Source: Octopus bimaculoides
Lineage: Eukaryota
Direction of reading: 5' to 3'
Assembly (NCBI RefSeq): GCF_001194135.2
Contig: NC_068988.1
Span: 79,076,567 to 79,140,566 of the forward strand
Length of the DNA stretch: 64,000 nt
Position numbers and translations under genes: made by a program. Positions 25,740 through 39,400 of this stretch are shown here, piece after piece. The number at the start of each line of letters is the position of its first letter. The first letter of the stretch is position 1. The notes below the pieces were generated by a model. That model saw nothing but the letters and a program-made list of their open reading frames with translations, was not told where the DNA came from and did not search any database.

Positions 25740-26510
25740 GAACATGTTAACTTTTTTATATGGTATTGCACTGATCGTCGTGCGTTCCCTGACTTTGTGT
25801 GGCAGTGTCAGAGGGTCGCTTTTTTGCTTCTTGTGAAAGAGGAACTTTATACAATTAAAAGAACTGCAGTGCTGGGTTAAACGAAAACCACGCTAGGGCC
25901 TCCTGGCATCTGGAATATTGTCAGATGTTCACAGCCACTTAAGTCTGGCAATACAATCGGAGAACTTCCGTGACAGTGACATATAGACAACTAGTAGGGG
26001 AAAGATAATTCTCGGGAAACTCTAGGCGTCACTATGACTCAGCTGGCTAGTTTGTTCTGCGCAGAAACTATAGATAATTTGTAGAAGTTCTGGCCTTACA
26101 ATGATATCTGGGTGGAGAGATGCCAATCCGAGACCAACTTTAAAAGCTCGGAAGTGTCGCCAGCCGGATCTGTCGGTTATGGGTGCAGAGCGGCGAAACA
26201 CTTTTACACATACTTGTTCAGTAAACTTGTATTACTGACCTGTAGGTATATTTTCGAACACATCTATAGATTCGTCTATCAGCCATGTTGAAGTAGTTTT
26301 TCTCTTCAGGAAGTGGTTGTAATGTGGACGGGACAGAATAGGATCGTCGCGAGGCGTCTTCCTCTTTGGACAAGCCCTCGCCAACTTTTTCAAGTTTTAA
26401 TTGAAGGGAAAGATGAGGAAGGAGGAGGTGCTGCACTCCAGTAAAATCTTTAAACGATTGGTGAGGCAGGCGAATGTGGCACATGTGAACGGGCTTAGTC
26501 TTAGCATGCA
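25740..26510 (+). mobile_element. Tx1/L1-clade LINE ORF2 C-terminal fragment
   Basis: LFCFL*KR, TLGVTMTQLASLF..IDN and KEVV.WT...ALANFFKF.LKGKMRKE resemble the end of ORF2 at 40050-40800. Confidence 0.65.
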
Positions 26511-26649
26511 TTTGTACATACACACATGTATGATTAGAGTGCTAATGCGTTGAGTAAAGCACGGTTTGGATTACCTGGTGTCATCCGCAATTGGGGTATA
26601 TTTCCGTTGGATCTACTTCAGGAATTCCGTAGTGTTAGTTTATATAATA

Positions 26650-27600
26650 ATCAGCAAATGAAACAGAAGATGGATTTGCTATTAGTCTTTATTCCGTACG
26701 ACGATCGTTTCGGCCCATCCTGCGACTGTCTTTTATGTCTGGGATGATGTACTTCATATTGTGCTGCATGAGTTTTGCAGTCTGGGCCATTTCAGGTACA
26801 TGCATACATAAAGTGGTGTCCCGTTAAAAATACTGAGTTCAGGCAGTCTTGTTGGTTTTTGACCGCTTCGTTAGGAAATAGGGTTTGGCTGCGATTGTCC
26901 TTATGTTAAATATTCATAAATAATTGTAAATAATTGTAAATATAAAATATAAATTGTAGAAGGGAAAAGAAGATATACAGCAGAAAGTGTGTGGGAAGGG
27001 ATATAGATAGGGTGAAACCTGTTAACGAAGGATAAGATATAGAAGGGGTGGGGCCTGTTAAAGAGGGATTAGATTGCGTTAAGTTTAAAGGTAATACACT
27101 TGCTAACACGGGGGAGGAATGGGATGTGTATAGGCACATAGATACACATTCACACACAAACACGCACATATACTGACACAGAGACGTAGGCGCCCACATT
27201 CACCCTGACCCACGCGGTCCGTAAACACTTACAGTCCTACGATTAATGATCGGAAGATAAATGCAGTAAAAGTCTGTCATCACAGTTACTTTGACATGAA
27301 GACGGGGGTCTGGTAGGTGTCATGTGACAGACTGTGTTACGCATGCTTTATCAATAGCACGTTGGGTTGTCGTTCGTCCATCGGTCACAGTCGACATGAC
27401 ACACTCGTACGTATAAAAGTATATGTATTCACATGTGTACATACATAATGATATATTTAACTACACATGTGTGTGAACTGATGCAACACAAAATGATGCA
27501 CATCAAACTACACAAAAGGACAGTTGCAGAATGGGTCAAAACGATAGTCGTACGGAATAAACACTAATACCAAATCCACCTTCTGTTTCATTAATCGATT
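26650..27600. repeat. ~115-bp inverted repeat pair (26650-26770 and 27480-27600)
   Basis: AATGAAACAGAAG.TGGATTTG.TATTAGT.TTTATTCCGTACGAC.ATCGTTT...; 8 mismatches in the first 74 bp by hand count. Confidence 0.85.
26890..27400 (-). mobile_element. Probable L1/Tx1-type LINE 3' end
   Basis: Pyrimidine-rich 3'UTR-like tract on the minus strand, preceded by a degenerate C-terminal W-containing reading. Confidence 0.4.
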
Positions 27601-27605
27601 ATATG

Positions 27606-27652
<47 letters not shown>

Positions 27653-27895
27653 TATATCATATATATTGTATATATACATATTTGCATGCACACACACATA
27701 TACAGACATATGTCTATATACAATTACACCTCCACCCTACACATACATGCATGCGTGTGTGTGTATGTGTGTAAGNNNNNNNNNNNNNNNNNNNNNNNNN
27801 NNNNNNNNNNNNNNNNNNNNNNNNNNNNNNNNNNNNNNNNNNNNNNNNNNNNNNNNNNNNNNNNNNNNNNNNNNNNNNNNNNNNNNNNNNGTGCG

Positions 27896-27971
<76 letters not shown>

Positions 27972-30435
27972 CATACATACTTACAAACCTTGAAAAGGAA
28001 ATTTTTCGATCCCGTCGTATTTGTGACTTGAAATAGAAAGCCAGCGTTACAAGAAAAATGCAACATAACGATGGAATATTCATCGATACAATAATTAACA
28101 GACTAAAATATGTAGTGACGTCAATATGATTGATTGAAACGTTTGAAGTCAGGCCCCTGCAAAGTTGAAGTGCAATGTTTGAAACCTGAAACAGAAAAGA
28201 CAATCGATTTAGCACCTAACTAGAACATTGGAAAAACTAGGCGCTGAGTGCATGTTCCACTGGAATTTTGTTTATAACTTTAAATCACCCTGAATATGAG
28301 ATAGTGTCTCTGGCATGTCAAACGTATTAACGTTGTTCGAGTATGTGGAAATTAATTATGAAAAAAAAAAGAAAAAAGAGATACATCTTCGATTCGATAA
28401 AAAAGCAGATATTAAACCATTACGAATAGAATCATTCGTTGATTACGTATGAATTCAACATTCTTATTTAACTGGCATTTACTTTTAAAGAGGGGCAAAC
28501 GAACAGCGATAACACATTCAGTTGAATCGATAACTCATGAAACATCAATACTGTTCATATATTCCCTTTTCTCTCAGTTTTAGAAATATTTCCGTTAATC
28601 GCATAACTCTTCATTGATAATGGGTCTCTAATCCGTAGGATCCAAGTTTCTATTTCTGAGTAGCAGTCGCTTCAGATTATTCATAATGCAGGCGATCTCA
28701 CAGACTTTAATCATACTAATTGACAGGGAATGATGGAAAATACTGCCCTATCTTCATTGATGCTATTTACATGTGTCTTTTCTTTTCACATCGTCCATTA
28801 TAAAGTTGGCGTTGTCATTGTAATCCTTCTGAAATTGTCTTTTATTTCTTGATCCTTCCATATTCCTTTTGTATGAGTGCTTAGTCTATCCTCTAGATCT
28901 TTATGTACATCTATTTAATAAAACAGCAGAAGTTCCATACGTGATGATACTTATTTGATAAAGCTCATAAATGAAGTAGGTTAACATTATTTTTGCTGAA
29001 TATCCCTTTTGTGATTGCACCTAATACAATCAGCTCTTTGAAAATGACCGAATCTTACTACAATTATTAATGACAATAATGAAATATTCTCCCACCCCAC
29101 CTCTTAACTACTTGATTAGATGTATTTCTGAACATGCAAAGAATTCGTCTCATAATAAATAATCACAAAGTAAGTTGTTAATCTACACAGTATTTTTGAC
29201 TCCGGCCTCAAGATTTGTTTCCGTAAACTTCCTTTAATCGCTATTCCAATCAGCTTTCCATTATACTATTACGGATACACGTACATGTACATTACAGTGT
29301 TGAAATTCATCACTTTCGACCTTTTCAGCTGACATCTTGTATCGTCATTTTCTTTTGTCAAGGAAACGATAATCAACAGACAACTCTTTCAGATCTAGTT
29401 CAAAATATAGTTCATCGCTAAGCAACCATTACTATCGTGTCTGCGGGAATAGATATTCAACGGATGTCACCTTCGGTTCTTCCCCTTTCCAATCCACAAA
29501 CATTTTCACTTAGATGAGTATTCCTTTTTCTTCGGTTAAATTCAACGTGAAAAGGAAAAAATAAACAGCTAACTTTTCAATATTGTATTGCTACAGAGTC
29601 TTTTCTTCGCCTTTTGACTTGCCTAATTCCTTAGCAACAAAATAATAATAAAATATACCGCAGTTGTCTGCATATAGCCATATTTATTTTTAATACCTTT
29701 TATCCATTTTTACGAGATAGTTAAAATAATACTTAAAGTAGGTAGCATCCAACTTCCAGTCAACAATATTAAGAGAAATATAATTTAGTGTTTGTAAATA
29801 CACGTTAAACCCCGCCCACGAAGACTTCAAAGCTATACTATGCACATAAACATATTCATGGGGAAATTACATAGCTGTTATAGAAGTTTACTACTAATTT
29901 TATTTTAATATTTCTTGTGAGTTTGGCTCTCAACATCGGAACCGAGTTATATCCCATATAACTTAAGTTGTTGCTAATGCATTGAATAAATTACACACAA
30001 AAGAAAAAAAACTCTTAATGAATTAAAATATGCTTCTTCGGTGGAGAAAATAAACAAAGTTCACAAGCAGTAATTTATGGTGAGACAGTAATGATACAAT
30101 CATAAGAAATTAAGAATTAATTTCACAGAAAGTTCAATTGATGAGCTTGGAGAGAGAGCGAATCTTTGATAGCAGACAAGGTGACAGCTATGGACATCTT
30201 TTGATCTTATTAGACCTCGTAAAGGAAACATAATCCTCGCAAGCTTTTGTTCTTTAGTGAACAAAGGAAATCTGTTACAAACAATTTTGGCCGATCAAAT
30301 GTGCATAATTATAACGGCGAGTAAGAAACATAACAGTTACTAGTTACAACCTGCTACATATTGATTCCACTCCTCAGTATAAGCAGTAATTAGACTAATA
30401 GAGTAAGGGATACGTATATACATATATACTCTTTT

Positions 30436-30657
30436 TTCTTTACTTGTTTCAGTCATTTGACTGCGGCCATGCTGGAGCACCGCCTTTAGTCGAGCAAATC
30501 GACCCCAGGACTTATACTTTGTAAGCCTAGTACTTATTCTATCGGTCTCTTTTGCCGAACCGCTAAGTTACGGGGACGTAAACACACCAGCATCGGTTGT
30601 CAAGCGAAGTTGGGGGGGACAAACACAGACACACAAACATATGCACACACACACACG

Positions 30658-30714
<57 letters not shown>

Positions 30715-30876
30715 GACGGGCTTCTTTCAGTTTCCGTCTACCAAATCCACTCACAAGGCTTTGGTCGGCCCGAGGCTATAGTAGAAGACACTTGCCCAAG
30801 GTGCCACGCAGTGGGACTGAACCCAGAACCATGTGGTTGATAAGCAAGCTACTTACCACACAGCCACTCCTGCGCA
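30436..30876 (-). mobile_element. SINE family A, full-length
   Basis: tRNA head at 30876, CORE-like CCTTGGGCAAGTGTCTTC, internal (TA)(TG) tract, 3' body ...GGCGGTGCTCCAGCATGGCCGCAGTCAAATGACTGAAACAAGTAAAG. Confidence 0.92.
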
Positions 30877-31033
30877 TATAATATGCACATATAATATGTG
30901 TTAGAACGATCCTATGTTAACAGACCACTAGAGAGTAACGAGATTTGAGAAAAATTCAAGATGGCTTCGGAAGAATAGGCCTCCATTGATCAGATCAGGC
31001 CACGGAAGCGGCGTAATTTTTCTTATATTTCAG

Positions 31034-31348
31034 GAAGATGTTGACAGGGAGCTGCAGTATAGATTATTCAGTGACATCCGCTCAGCCACTCTCATCCGAT
31101 GGGATCAGACACTACTCGAGAATGTCTTGAAAGGAAGGTATACACGGCAGTTACTACATTCCTTCAGTTGCAGTGATATGGAACATTCCACCCTCCTGTT
31201 TCGCTTCATCTGGAGACTTCGTGACCATCGAACTACTTCCCCAAGAAGTGGAATATCATTACCTGAAACTCGCAATTGCCAACAATGTTCAGCAACCTAC
31301 TCTTTCCATCAACAGGAAGAAAGAATTTTCTTATTGTTGCCACCAAAG
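31034..31348 (+). other. Unidentified coding-like segment; candidate 315-nt phase 0-0 exon
   Basis: Acceptor TTTTTCTTATATTTCAG, 105 open codons (EDVDRELQ...LLPPK), donor AAG|GTATGC. An overlapping second ORF runs 31173-31517. No family recognised. Confidence 0.3.
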
Positions 31349-32559
31349 GTATGCCCTGTTAATGGACTTCAAGCCACTGGCAGCTGAAATACATATATAC
31401 AACCCTAGAAGGGGAGAGTATTTAATCACTGCCGGCTGTACAGGGTACAGTCCGGCCCATGATGGTCATCCTACCTCAATTTTAAACATAGACCGTCAAA
31501 TTTGGTTACCCACATAAATGCTGCCACCGCTAATTTGCTGCCTAACTTACCAGCCAATACACTCAAACCTACCTTGTGTGGTATCAAATACAATGAACTG
31601 ATGTCGCTTAGTGCACTCTACTACTGCATGCAGGCATAGTGGTGGCAGCTACTTGCTAATATTTATGATTAAAGAGAACTGATGCCACGTCTGCATCATT
31701 GATCTCACGTGATTTGAGTTGCCCGATAGCGGTCGAACATAAAAAATCCATGTTAAATCTGTCTCAAATCCCGTTACTCTTCTCTAGATATCAGATGAGA
31801 TGGGTTCGTCCGATCAGCCCTTGGAGCTCTAAGTGATATAGAACTGAGTCAAGCTGTTATTAAGAACTATATGCAATTCCTGCCAAATGTGAGTGCCGCT
31901 TTATTTCGGTTGTCCACTTACTTGTATATACATATACTTGCACGCACGCGCACTCGCACCTTCACACGCGTATACACACACACATGTTCAAAGAAGTACT
32001 GAAGAATATATAAATGATTAGCTCTAGTTGTGAATGGCTGTGAATTTGGCAGGCCAACAAATGAATGGTAAAGCAAACGCAATTCAACAGTAATATTTCG
32101 TAGATTATTGTAAGTGATGTGGTTTCGTGCTTGGAAGGATTTCTAGTTCAACGCTTTTAGCGAAAAATGGCATTCAATTATCGTACTCTTTAAGACCAGT
32201 GTATATTATTCTTCGCTGTACTCATATTTACATATATTCAGAATGTGAAACCTACGGCAAAATTTTCTTTGTCAGAAATACAGCGAGACATATTTAACTC
32301 AATAACAACTATTTTACCGCATCTATTTCTATTTTTAATTTCTTAAACCAACTTTCCTTCATGTGTCCCTGAAGCTTACAGAAAGGACATTTAGAACAGA
32401 TCGATCTGCCATCTCCTCATACACATGCATACGCATACATGCATACACATACATGCATACGCATACATGCATACATATATACCAAAATATACACATATAC
32501 ACGAGCATATACACATATACACACATATACAAATATATACATAGGTACGGGATGCATTC

Positions 32560-33190
32560 CAGACATTTTGAGACGTTTTCAAGAGAAACAGATGGACTTG
32601 CTTTGTTTGGCTTTCTTGAGACTGGGGGAGCCAAGAGTCTTCCATTGGCAATCTGAATCTCGATATTTGGATCATATCAGTAGATCCAGCTTTTGTAACT
32701 AGTCCCCAGAAACTCAGGTTCTCTTGGACTGGTTATGTGCTCAACTATTTCCGTGTTTTCACCAACGTATCTTTCCACTTGTTCGTCACTGAACACTCTG
32801 GGATCAAACTTTCTACAAATCTTGCACATGTCCAGATCTTGTATGCTTGTCTTTATAGACACACGAAGAACTTCATCCAGAAAATTGCGAATTTTTTCCA
32901 ATAGCTCTAACGTTCTGACACTCCACTCCTTCTAAAACATTTCATCGTTTCTTACTTCCTCTCTACCACCCTCGGACCTCTTTTGTCAGTAAAAAACAGA
33001 TGTTTGACTCATACAAGTTAATCCGTAAGCAATCTGGAGTATTTCTAGCGTTTTTGCTCAGTTTAACACAAATCTTTATTGCACAGCAAGTTTCCAAATT
33101 GCTTTCACGTCCCGACTGCATTCTGCAAAGTAGTCAGCTGTGGCAAATAGTGTATAGTATCGTGTGTTAAAAATGTTGTCACAGCTGTCT
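32560..33190 (-). mobile_element. Mariner transposase remnant (N-terminal half)
   Basis: AIKICVKL...LEKIRNFLDE...KICRKFDPRVFSDEQ...SWIY.YDP...QWK.LGSP..RK, the mariner WVP(R) and first-Asp (DESWIY) regions. Confidence 0.8.
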
Positions 33191-35306
33191 CCTTCAGTCT
33201 GGAATAACAAAAGTTGGCAGGTTAGCTTATTAGATAAATAGTAATGACATCATAAAATTACAATAATCTAAGACAGTTAAGAGTGCTTCTCTTTAAAAAA
33301 GATCTCAAAACGTCTGGAATGCATCTGGTACAAACATATTTTGTAGAGTAGAAAGAAACATTTCAAAACATATTTCAAAAATATCATTAGCTTTTACTAT
33401 AAATTTTTCCATGAGTTACATGAAAATATCACCAAGTATTTGATAATTACATAATTAACTCTAGCTATTAATGCACACTCATAATACATTCATATCGGCA
33501 GATTGGCAGGAAGAAAGGCATCACATCTCACCCAAAAGGCTATACCTTCACTACGCAGGAGCAATCAATAGTCCCTGTAAAATGAAGAAGAGTACATGGT
33601 GCCTGCATACTAAGAGGGAATAAATTCCCTTCTATACTACTACATGTCACAGAAAATATCTCGTGTCGTTTCAACGCGAAAGATATCCCCCATATCATCA
33701 ACAGTTTCCCAGATATGTTTGCAAACTACTATCTTGCTCTGATATTTGACATTGTTGCCAAAAACTATTTACAATATTCGATTGTATTGTCGCGATGTTC
33801 ATGTCAGTAGCATACCAGAACCAGAATATATCGTCATCTTTATGGATAAGGGATGTTTCTGGAATACTCCAATAAAAAAATCAATCCGGTATAAACAAAA
33901 AGAACAGCAGTCATGCAGTGTTAAATATGCCAGCTGTCCAACAGATTGGGTCACTAGGCTCTGCAGGTCACGTTTAAAAATCAATTGGGATGGTGAGATT
34001 TTCTATGAAAGAACAAAAGAAACTGTCTCTCATCCTTTAAATCCGAGAATAGTAAGGATTCATAAAACATTTCAAAACACACACAATTTCATTTGTATAT
34101 TGCATAAGTCGTTACTCCAAATTATTAGTTAATCTAAATCTGAAGCTAGTTTAGTACTGATTTCCACAGTCACTTTTTCACAACATTTGTATAAAATCAT
34201 GAAAAATAAATCAAGTCGAAAAATTATCTGTGAAAAAATACAAATTGTCTAACCAATTCCTTGACTTTGCAAAGGTTCTAGTCACTTGAATTGAAATCAT
34301 ACTGGTCGTTTTTGCAGAAGATTTTCCGAGAACTTTAGTTTATCATGATTATTATTTCAATTAACCTACTTACTTCACTGGTACTTAAATGATCGGTAAC
34401 AAGTGAAGAAAAAGGTGTAAATGACCAAGGTAGGTTTTGAAATGAGAGCGCAGAGAGACGTAATATTGCATTTTTTATATAATTCACTTGAATTCTTCTT
34501 ATATTCTCCCCTTTTTGTTACTTTACAAGATCAGAGAGGACATACGTCGTGATGGAGAGTTTCGTAAACATGTTTTCAAGCATGTCCAAGCATAATCACG
34601 GTGAAATGAGCGAAGTTAGTGAAACAAAATGTTTAAACTAGTACAGAATATAACAGACTATTTGTACATGACGGCGTGTTTACTGTAACAACCAGACTCA
34701 CCGAGAAAGAGAAAAAATATTCTGTGTGGTAAAAAGGAATGAAACGAATAATATAGACAAGTTTGCTTTTGTAAACGTAAAAATTTTTTTTAAATTATTG
34801 ACATGAAATTTTTTTTTCTTTGATTTCATTCTGAAATTTTGTTTGATGTTCAAAGGATAGTTTTTGATTTATAATTATAGCTGTGATTTTATTGATTTTT
34901 ATTTCAGTTAAATTTACTGAAGTTTTTTTGTTTCTAATTTGATTAGTTTTATGGTCTTTAGTTTTATTTTATTTCTGTGTCATCACATTCAAAGACAAAT
35001 TGTTATTTTCCCATCCTACTAAAATTGCTTCTCATATTTTTTAACAAAGTCCAATCATAGCTCACTTTAATTTATCGTCTCTTTCAATATTCGATCTATA
35101 TTATTTTGTATTCTTTCTTTGTTGTTTGCTGTAGTAATTATTTCGGTTTTGTTCCAATTCTCTATTTTGTTGATGTCGCCATGTCTTGATGTACTTTTAA
35201 TAACTATTTACATGAAAAGTGTATTGATTACTTTACGTAACGATATTATTCAATGCAGTATTTATAAATTATGTAAGAAATTATTTTTCGTATCTAATTA
35301 TGTCTG

Positions 35307-35337
<31 letters not shown>

Positions 35338-35859
35338 NNNNNNNNNNNNNNNNNNNNNNNNNNNNNNNNNNNNNNNNNNNNNNNNNNNNNNNNNNNNNNN
35401 NNNNNNNNNNNNNNNNNNNNNNNNNNNNNNNNNNNNNNNNNNNNNNNNNNNNNNNNNNNNNNNNNNNNNNNNNNNNNNNNNNNNNNNNNNNNNNNNNNNN
35501 NNNNNNNNNNNNNNNNNNNNNNNNNNNNNNNNNNNNNNNNNNNNNNNNNNNNNNNNNNNNNNNNNNNNNNNNNNNNNNNNNNNNNNNNNNNNNNNNNNNN
35601 NNNNNNNNNNNNNNNNNNNNNNNNNNNNNNNNNNNNNNNNNNNNNNNNNNNNNNNNNNNNNNNNNNNNNNNNNNNNNNNNNNNNNNNNNNNNNNNNNNNN
35701 NNNNNNNNNNNNNNNNNNNNNNNNNNNNNNNNNNNNNNNNNNNNNNNNNNNNNNNNNNNNNNNNNNNNNNNNNNNNNNNNNNNNNNNNNNNNNNNNNNNN
35801 NNNNNNNNNNNNNNNNNNNNNNNNNNNNNNNNNNNNNNNNNNNNNNNNNNNNNNNNNNN
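35338..35859. other. Assembly gap (others: 2384-2509, 16530-16539, 21179-21488, 27776-27890, 41499-41929, 42895-43063, 51952-52316, 59911-60514, 62595-62843)
   Basis: N runs, nearly all bordered by microsatellites. Confidence 0.99.
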
Positions 35860-36080
35860 AAACACAGACACACAAATATATACACACACATACATATACA
35901 TATATATACATATATACGACGGGCTTCTTTCAGTTTCCGTCTACCAAATCCGCTCACAAGGCTTTGGTCGGTCCGAGGCTATAGTAGAAGACACTTGCCC
36001 AAGGTGCCACGCAGTGGGACTGAACCCAGAACCATGTGGTTGGTAAGCAAGCTACTTACCACACAGCCACTCCTACGCCT
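35860..36080 (-). mobile_element. SINE family A (3' part lost in gap)
   Basis: Near-identical to 30610-30876. Confidence 0.92.
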
Positions 36081-36110
36081 AAAATTCGTTTAAGATATTT
36101 TTTCAAAATC

Positions 36111-36165
36111 TTCTTAACTGAAGAGGCAACGAAAACTGCCAAAACTGACGCATCAGTATCAAGAA
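36111..36165 (+). ncRNA. Type I hammerhead ribozyme motif, copy 1 (G12 to A variant)
   Basis: Stem I TTCTTAA/TCAAGAA; core CTGAAGA (36118-24); stem II GGCA/TGCC; AAAA in place of GAAA; stem III ACTGA-cgca-TCAGT; cleavage triplet GTA (36156-58). Confidence 0.8.
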
Positions 36166-36464
36166 TTCTCGATCGGTACTTTTCGGACGACTTTAGTCCC
36201 TGTTAGTGTATATGTTTTCATTCATGTGCATTAATTACAACACTATAGCGGTTTAGCTCTTATTTCTAGAAATGTAGGTGTTTCCTCACACCCTAGTCTC
36301 CTTTAGTGAGATTCGTAATTATCCTTTTTGATGAAACATTGCAAACTGCTGTTTATATTAATTTTACATATACACATTAGCGAATCGCTGAATCATTCAA
36401 TTATTTGAATGACGGAAGCATAAATACTAATGGTCAATTGAGTCCGGAAAGTGCCGAACAATCG
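36111..36464 (+). mobile_element. Hammerhead-containing repeat unit (retrozyme-like monomer of ~358 nt when joined to 41288-41298)
   Basis: 36111-36297 aligns to 41292-41475 at roughly 80% identity by eye. The intervening 36298-36464 joins to 41288 via the duplicated GCCGAACAATCG. Confidence 0.65.
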
Positions 36465-39400
36465 CCTAGTCGAGCCTTTTTTCTGCTATCCGTTATTGTT
36501 GAGTGAGTTCGTTTTTGTTCGTTTAACGTTATTTTGTGTATGCTACTTGGATTTGAACTGTTGTCTTTTTTTACAGTAATTTTCGCCATACGGGGCTGAA
36601 AATTTCTGTCCCTTTTATTTTTTTTCTCTTTTATATTTTACTTGTTTCAGTCATTTGACTGCGGCCATGCTGGAGCACCGCATTTAATCGAGCAATTCGA
36701 CTTCAGGACTTATTCTTTGGAAGCCTAGTACTTATTTCTATCGGTATTTTTTGCCGAACCGCTAAGTCACGGGAGCGTAAACACACCACCACCGGTTGTC
36801 AAGCGATGTTGGGAGGACAAACACAGACAAACAAACATACACACACACATACATATATGTATACAGGTGGTGAGCTGGCAGAAACGTTAGTACGCCGGGC
36901 GAAATGCTTACCAAGTCCACTCACAAGGCTTTGGTCGGCCCGAGGCTATAGTAGAAGACACTTGCCCAAGGTGCCACGCAGTGGGAATGAACACGGAACC
37001 ATGTTGTTGGTAAGCAAGCTACTTACCACATAGCCACTCCTGCGCCTATGGACTTTTTGATACCTTTGTGGTAACTTTTGAAATTTTTTTGAAAATTTTT
37101 CTTGTCGTCTTCGACAAGTTGTTATGAGATTTGTCTTAGCGTCAAGAAAATACTTTCCCGTGATGGGAAAAGGTAGTAACGAGGAAACTGAAGGCGTAAA
37201 GGAAAAACAATCGTTTTCAGACGCAGTGGGCAGTACCGTCACAGAGTTAGAGGTGCAACAGGACCAGCTGCTTAAGGTCCGGGAGTTAATTAAGTAAAGT
37301 GGCAATGAAATTAAACTGGTGCCACCACAAGAAAAGATTCAGGAATGATATGCTAAAACAGTAGTGTACAAGGTGTATAACCTAAAAGAATAGAAAATTA
37401 TGGACATGGAAAACGAAATAGTTGAGAAATGTTTGTCAAATTCGCTACGTCAGTCGAGGTGCCAGGAGCGCAACTATCGAAGCTCAATTTGACTCGGCTG
37501 ACGTAGCGAAAGTGATATCTACGCAAATGCTAAAACATAATGAAATTATGCTGCTATCCACTTACTTGGGAAGAAGGACAGCTAAAGTGAACATGGAGGA
37601 TATCCTAAGAGATTACGATGTAATGTGGGTAGCAGCAGCAGTGTTGTATGACGTCGAACAAAAGATCTCAATGCTGCAGATGAAAAAAGAAAGAGGCCGT
37701 TAATTGGATGGGCCAAACCCTCGAGTTGCTAGTACAGGCCGAAAATAATGTACTAGAAAATTTGCCAGATAGGGTGTTTATTGAAGAGGGGCTATCCATG
37801 CGGATAGCAGTGGAGGGACGTAGGCCCAGGTGTTTTAAATGCGGTGAAATGGGTAACGTTCGCTCCAACTGTGTTTAAAAAAAGAAGGCTAGCGAAGCCC
37901 CTCCTCAGAGCACAGAGAAAGAGAAGGTGAAAACAAGCACAACAATAGCAGCAAAAGAAAAAAAGGAAACCGGGAACTAAAATGATGACAACGCACAGGA
38001 AGAAATGGAATTTACACATGTGATATACAAAAGAAAGAAAGCAGATACCCTGGACTTGCCACCCCAAACAAAAAAATTAAACACAGAAGACACACAACAG
38101 AAAGAATTTCCCAGTCCTGTCCCTCAGGCACTGTGTTCGTAGGAACACAGTTCGCCCAACCCCTCCCCACAAAACAAGACAAAAATTTTTTTATTAAAAA
38201 TTTGAAAAGAAGGATTAAAAAGTTTATAGATACGTTAACCATTCAAAAATTAAACTGTTCAGAAAAACAATACACAAAGTCGGACGTTAGATTTGCAAAG
38301 GTAAATGAGGAGTGGAAGGAGAAAATCCTTCAAGAACATTTAAAAAATAATTTGATAAAAGACGTTACGATGGAAGTGATGAAGGGAAAACTAATAATAA
38401 CCCCGGCAGCCACACCTACCCAGAGCCCGGTGGCAACGCCGGTAAAAAGTCCTGCAGCTTCGGTAACAGAGGGGTAAGACGGAGAAGCAGGCAGACACAC
38501 ACTGCAATGCTCCCTACCCCTTTCTATCAATGATTAAGTTGGGCTGTGTGAATGTGCGTGGAATGGGGTCAAAATGGAAACAAATTTGTTTCCTGCATGA
38601 CCTCACGACATACGGAGTGGATGTGGCTATTGTAACTGAGTCTAAGATGAGCGGGGCCCAAGCGTTGTCGCCCCTTCTTATCATGAAGACCTTGGACTTG
38701 CACTGAACCCAGAAGGTAGGCTGGTCGTTCTGGATGTGACTCCCGTAAATAAACAGTCCTTCAGGTTGGTACCTGTCACAGCTCTGAACAAGGATGGGCA
38801 GTCGGGTTTTTTTCGAGACCTAGAGCACGTTGTAGTGACGTCAAAAACGATAGTTTTAGTAGAGGACTCGATGCGCGGGTGTTGGCTCAACTAATAGGAA
38901 AGGGAATCCTAGCCTCAAGGGTCAACTAGAGAGCTTTAATCTAGTAGACCGTTACCGACTGGATGAGCCGAACGTTCCACAGTAGACGTGGAGTAACAAC
39001 GATGGCTCAAACAGGTCGTACATAGATAGGGTATTCTTTAGGAAAAGAGATAAGGAAACGTTTAGTTGTTCACGGTTTCACATTTTTCCTCTACGCAGAT
39101 AACAAATTTGTGATGTGTGAGGTTCAATCAGATAAGTGTCATAGACAGGGACCCAGGTACTGGAAGATGAACAAGTCTATTTTGACTTCAGAAGCCTTCC
39201 GTACCCGGACATTATGTGGTACCATCATTAACAACAGATGGTGGCACGCCCTCAAAAGAGCCATCCGTTCGGAGTCCATTAGACTTAGCAATCAGCTAAG
39301 TTTAGATAGAACTGGATTAGATGGCGATTTAGTTGAGAATTTAGACGAGATAATGGAATCTGGCTCTGCATCCGGAGTGCTGGCGGTGAGAATGGTCTTG

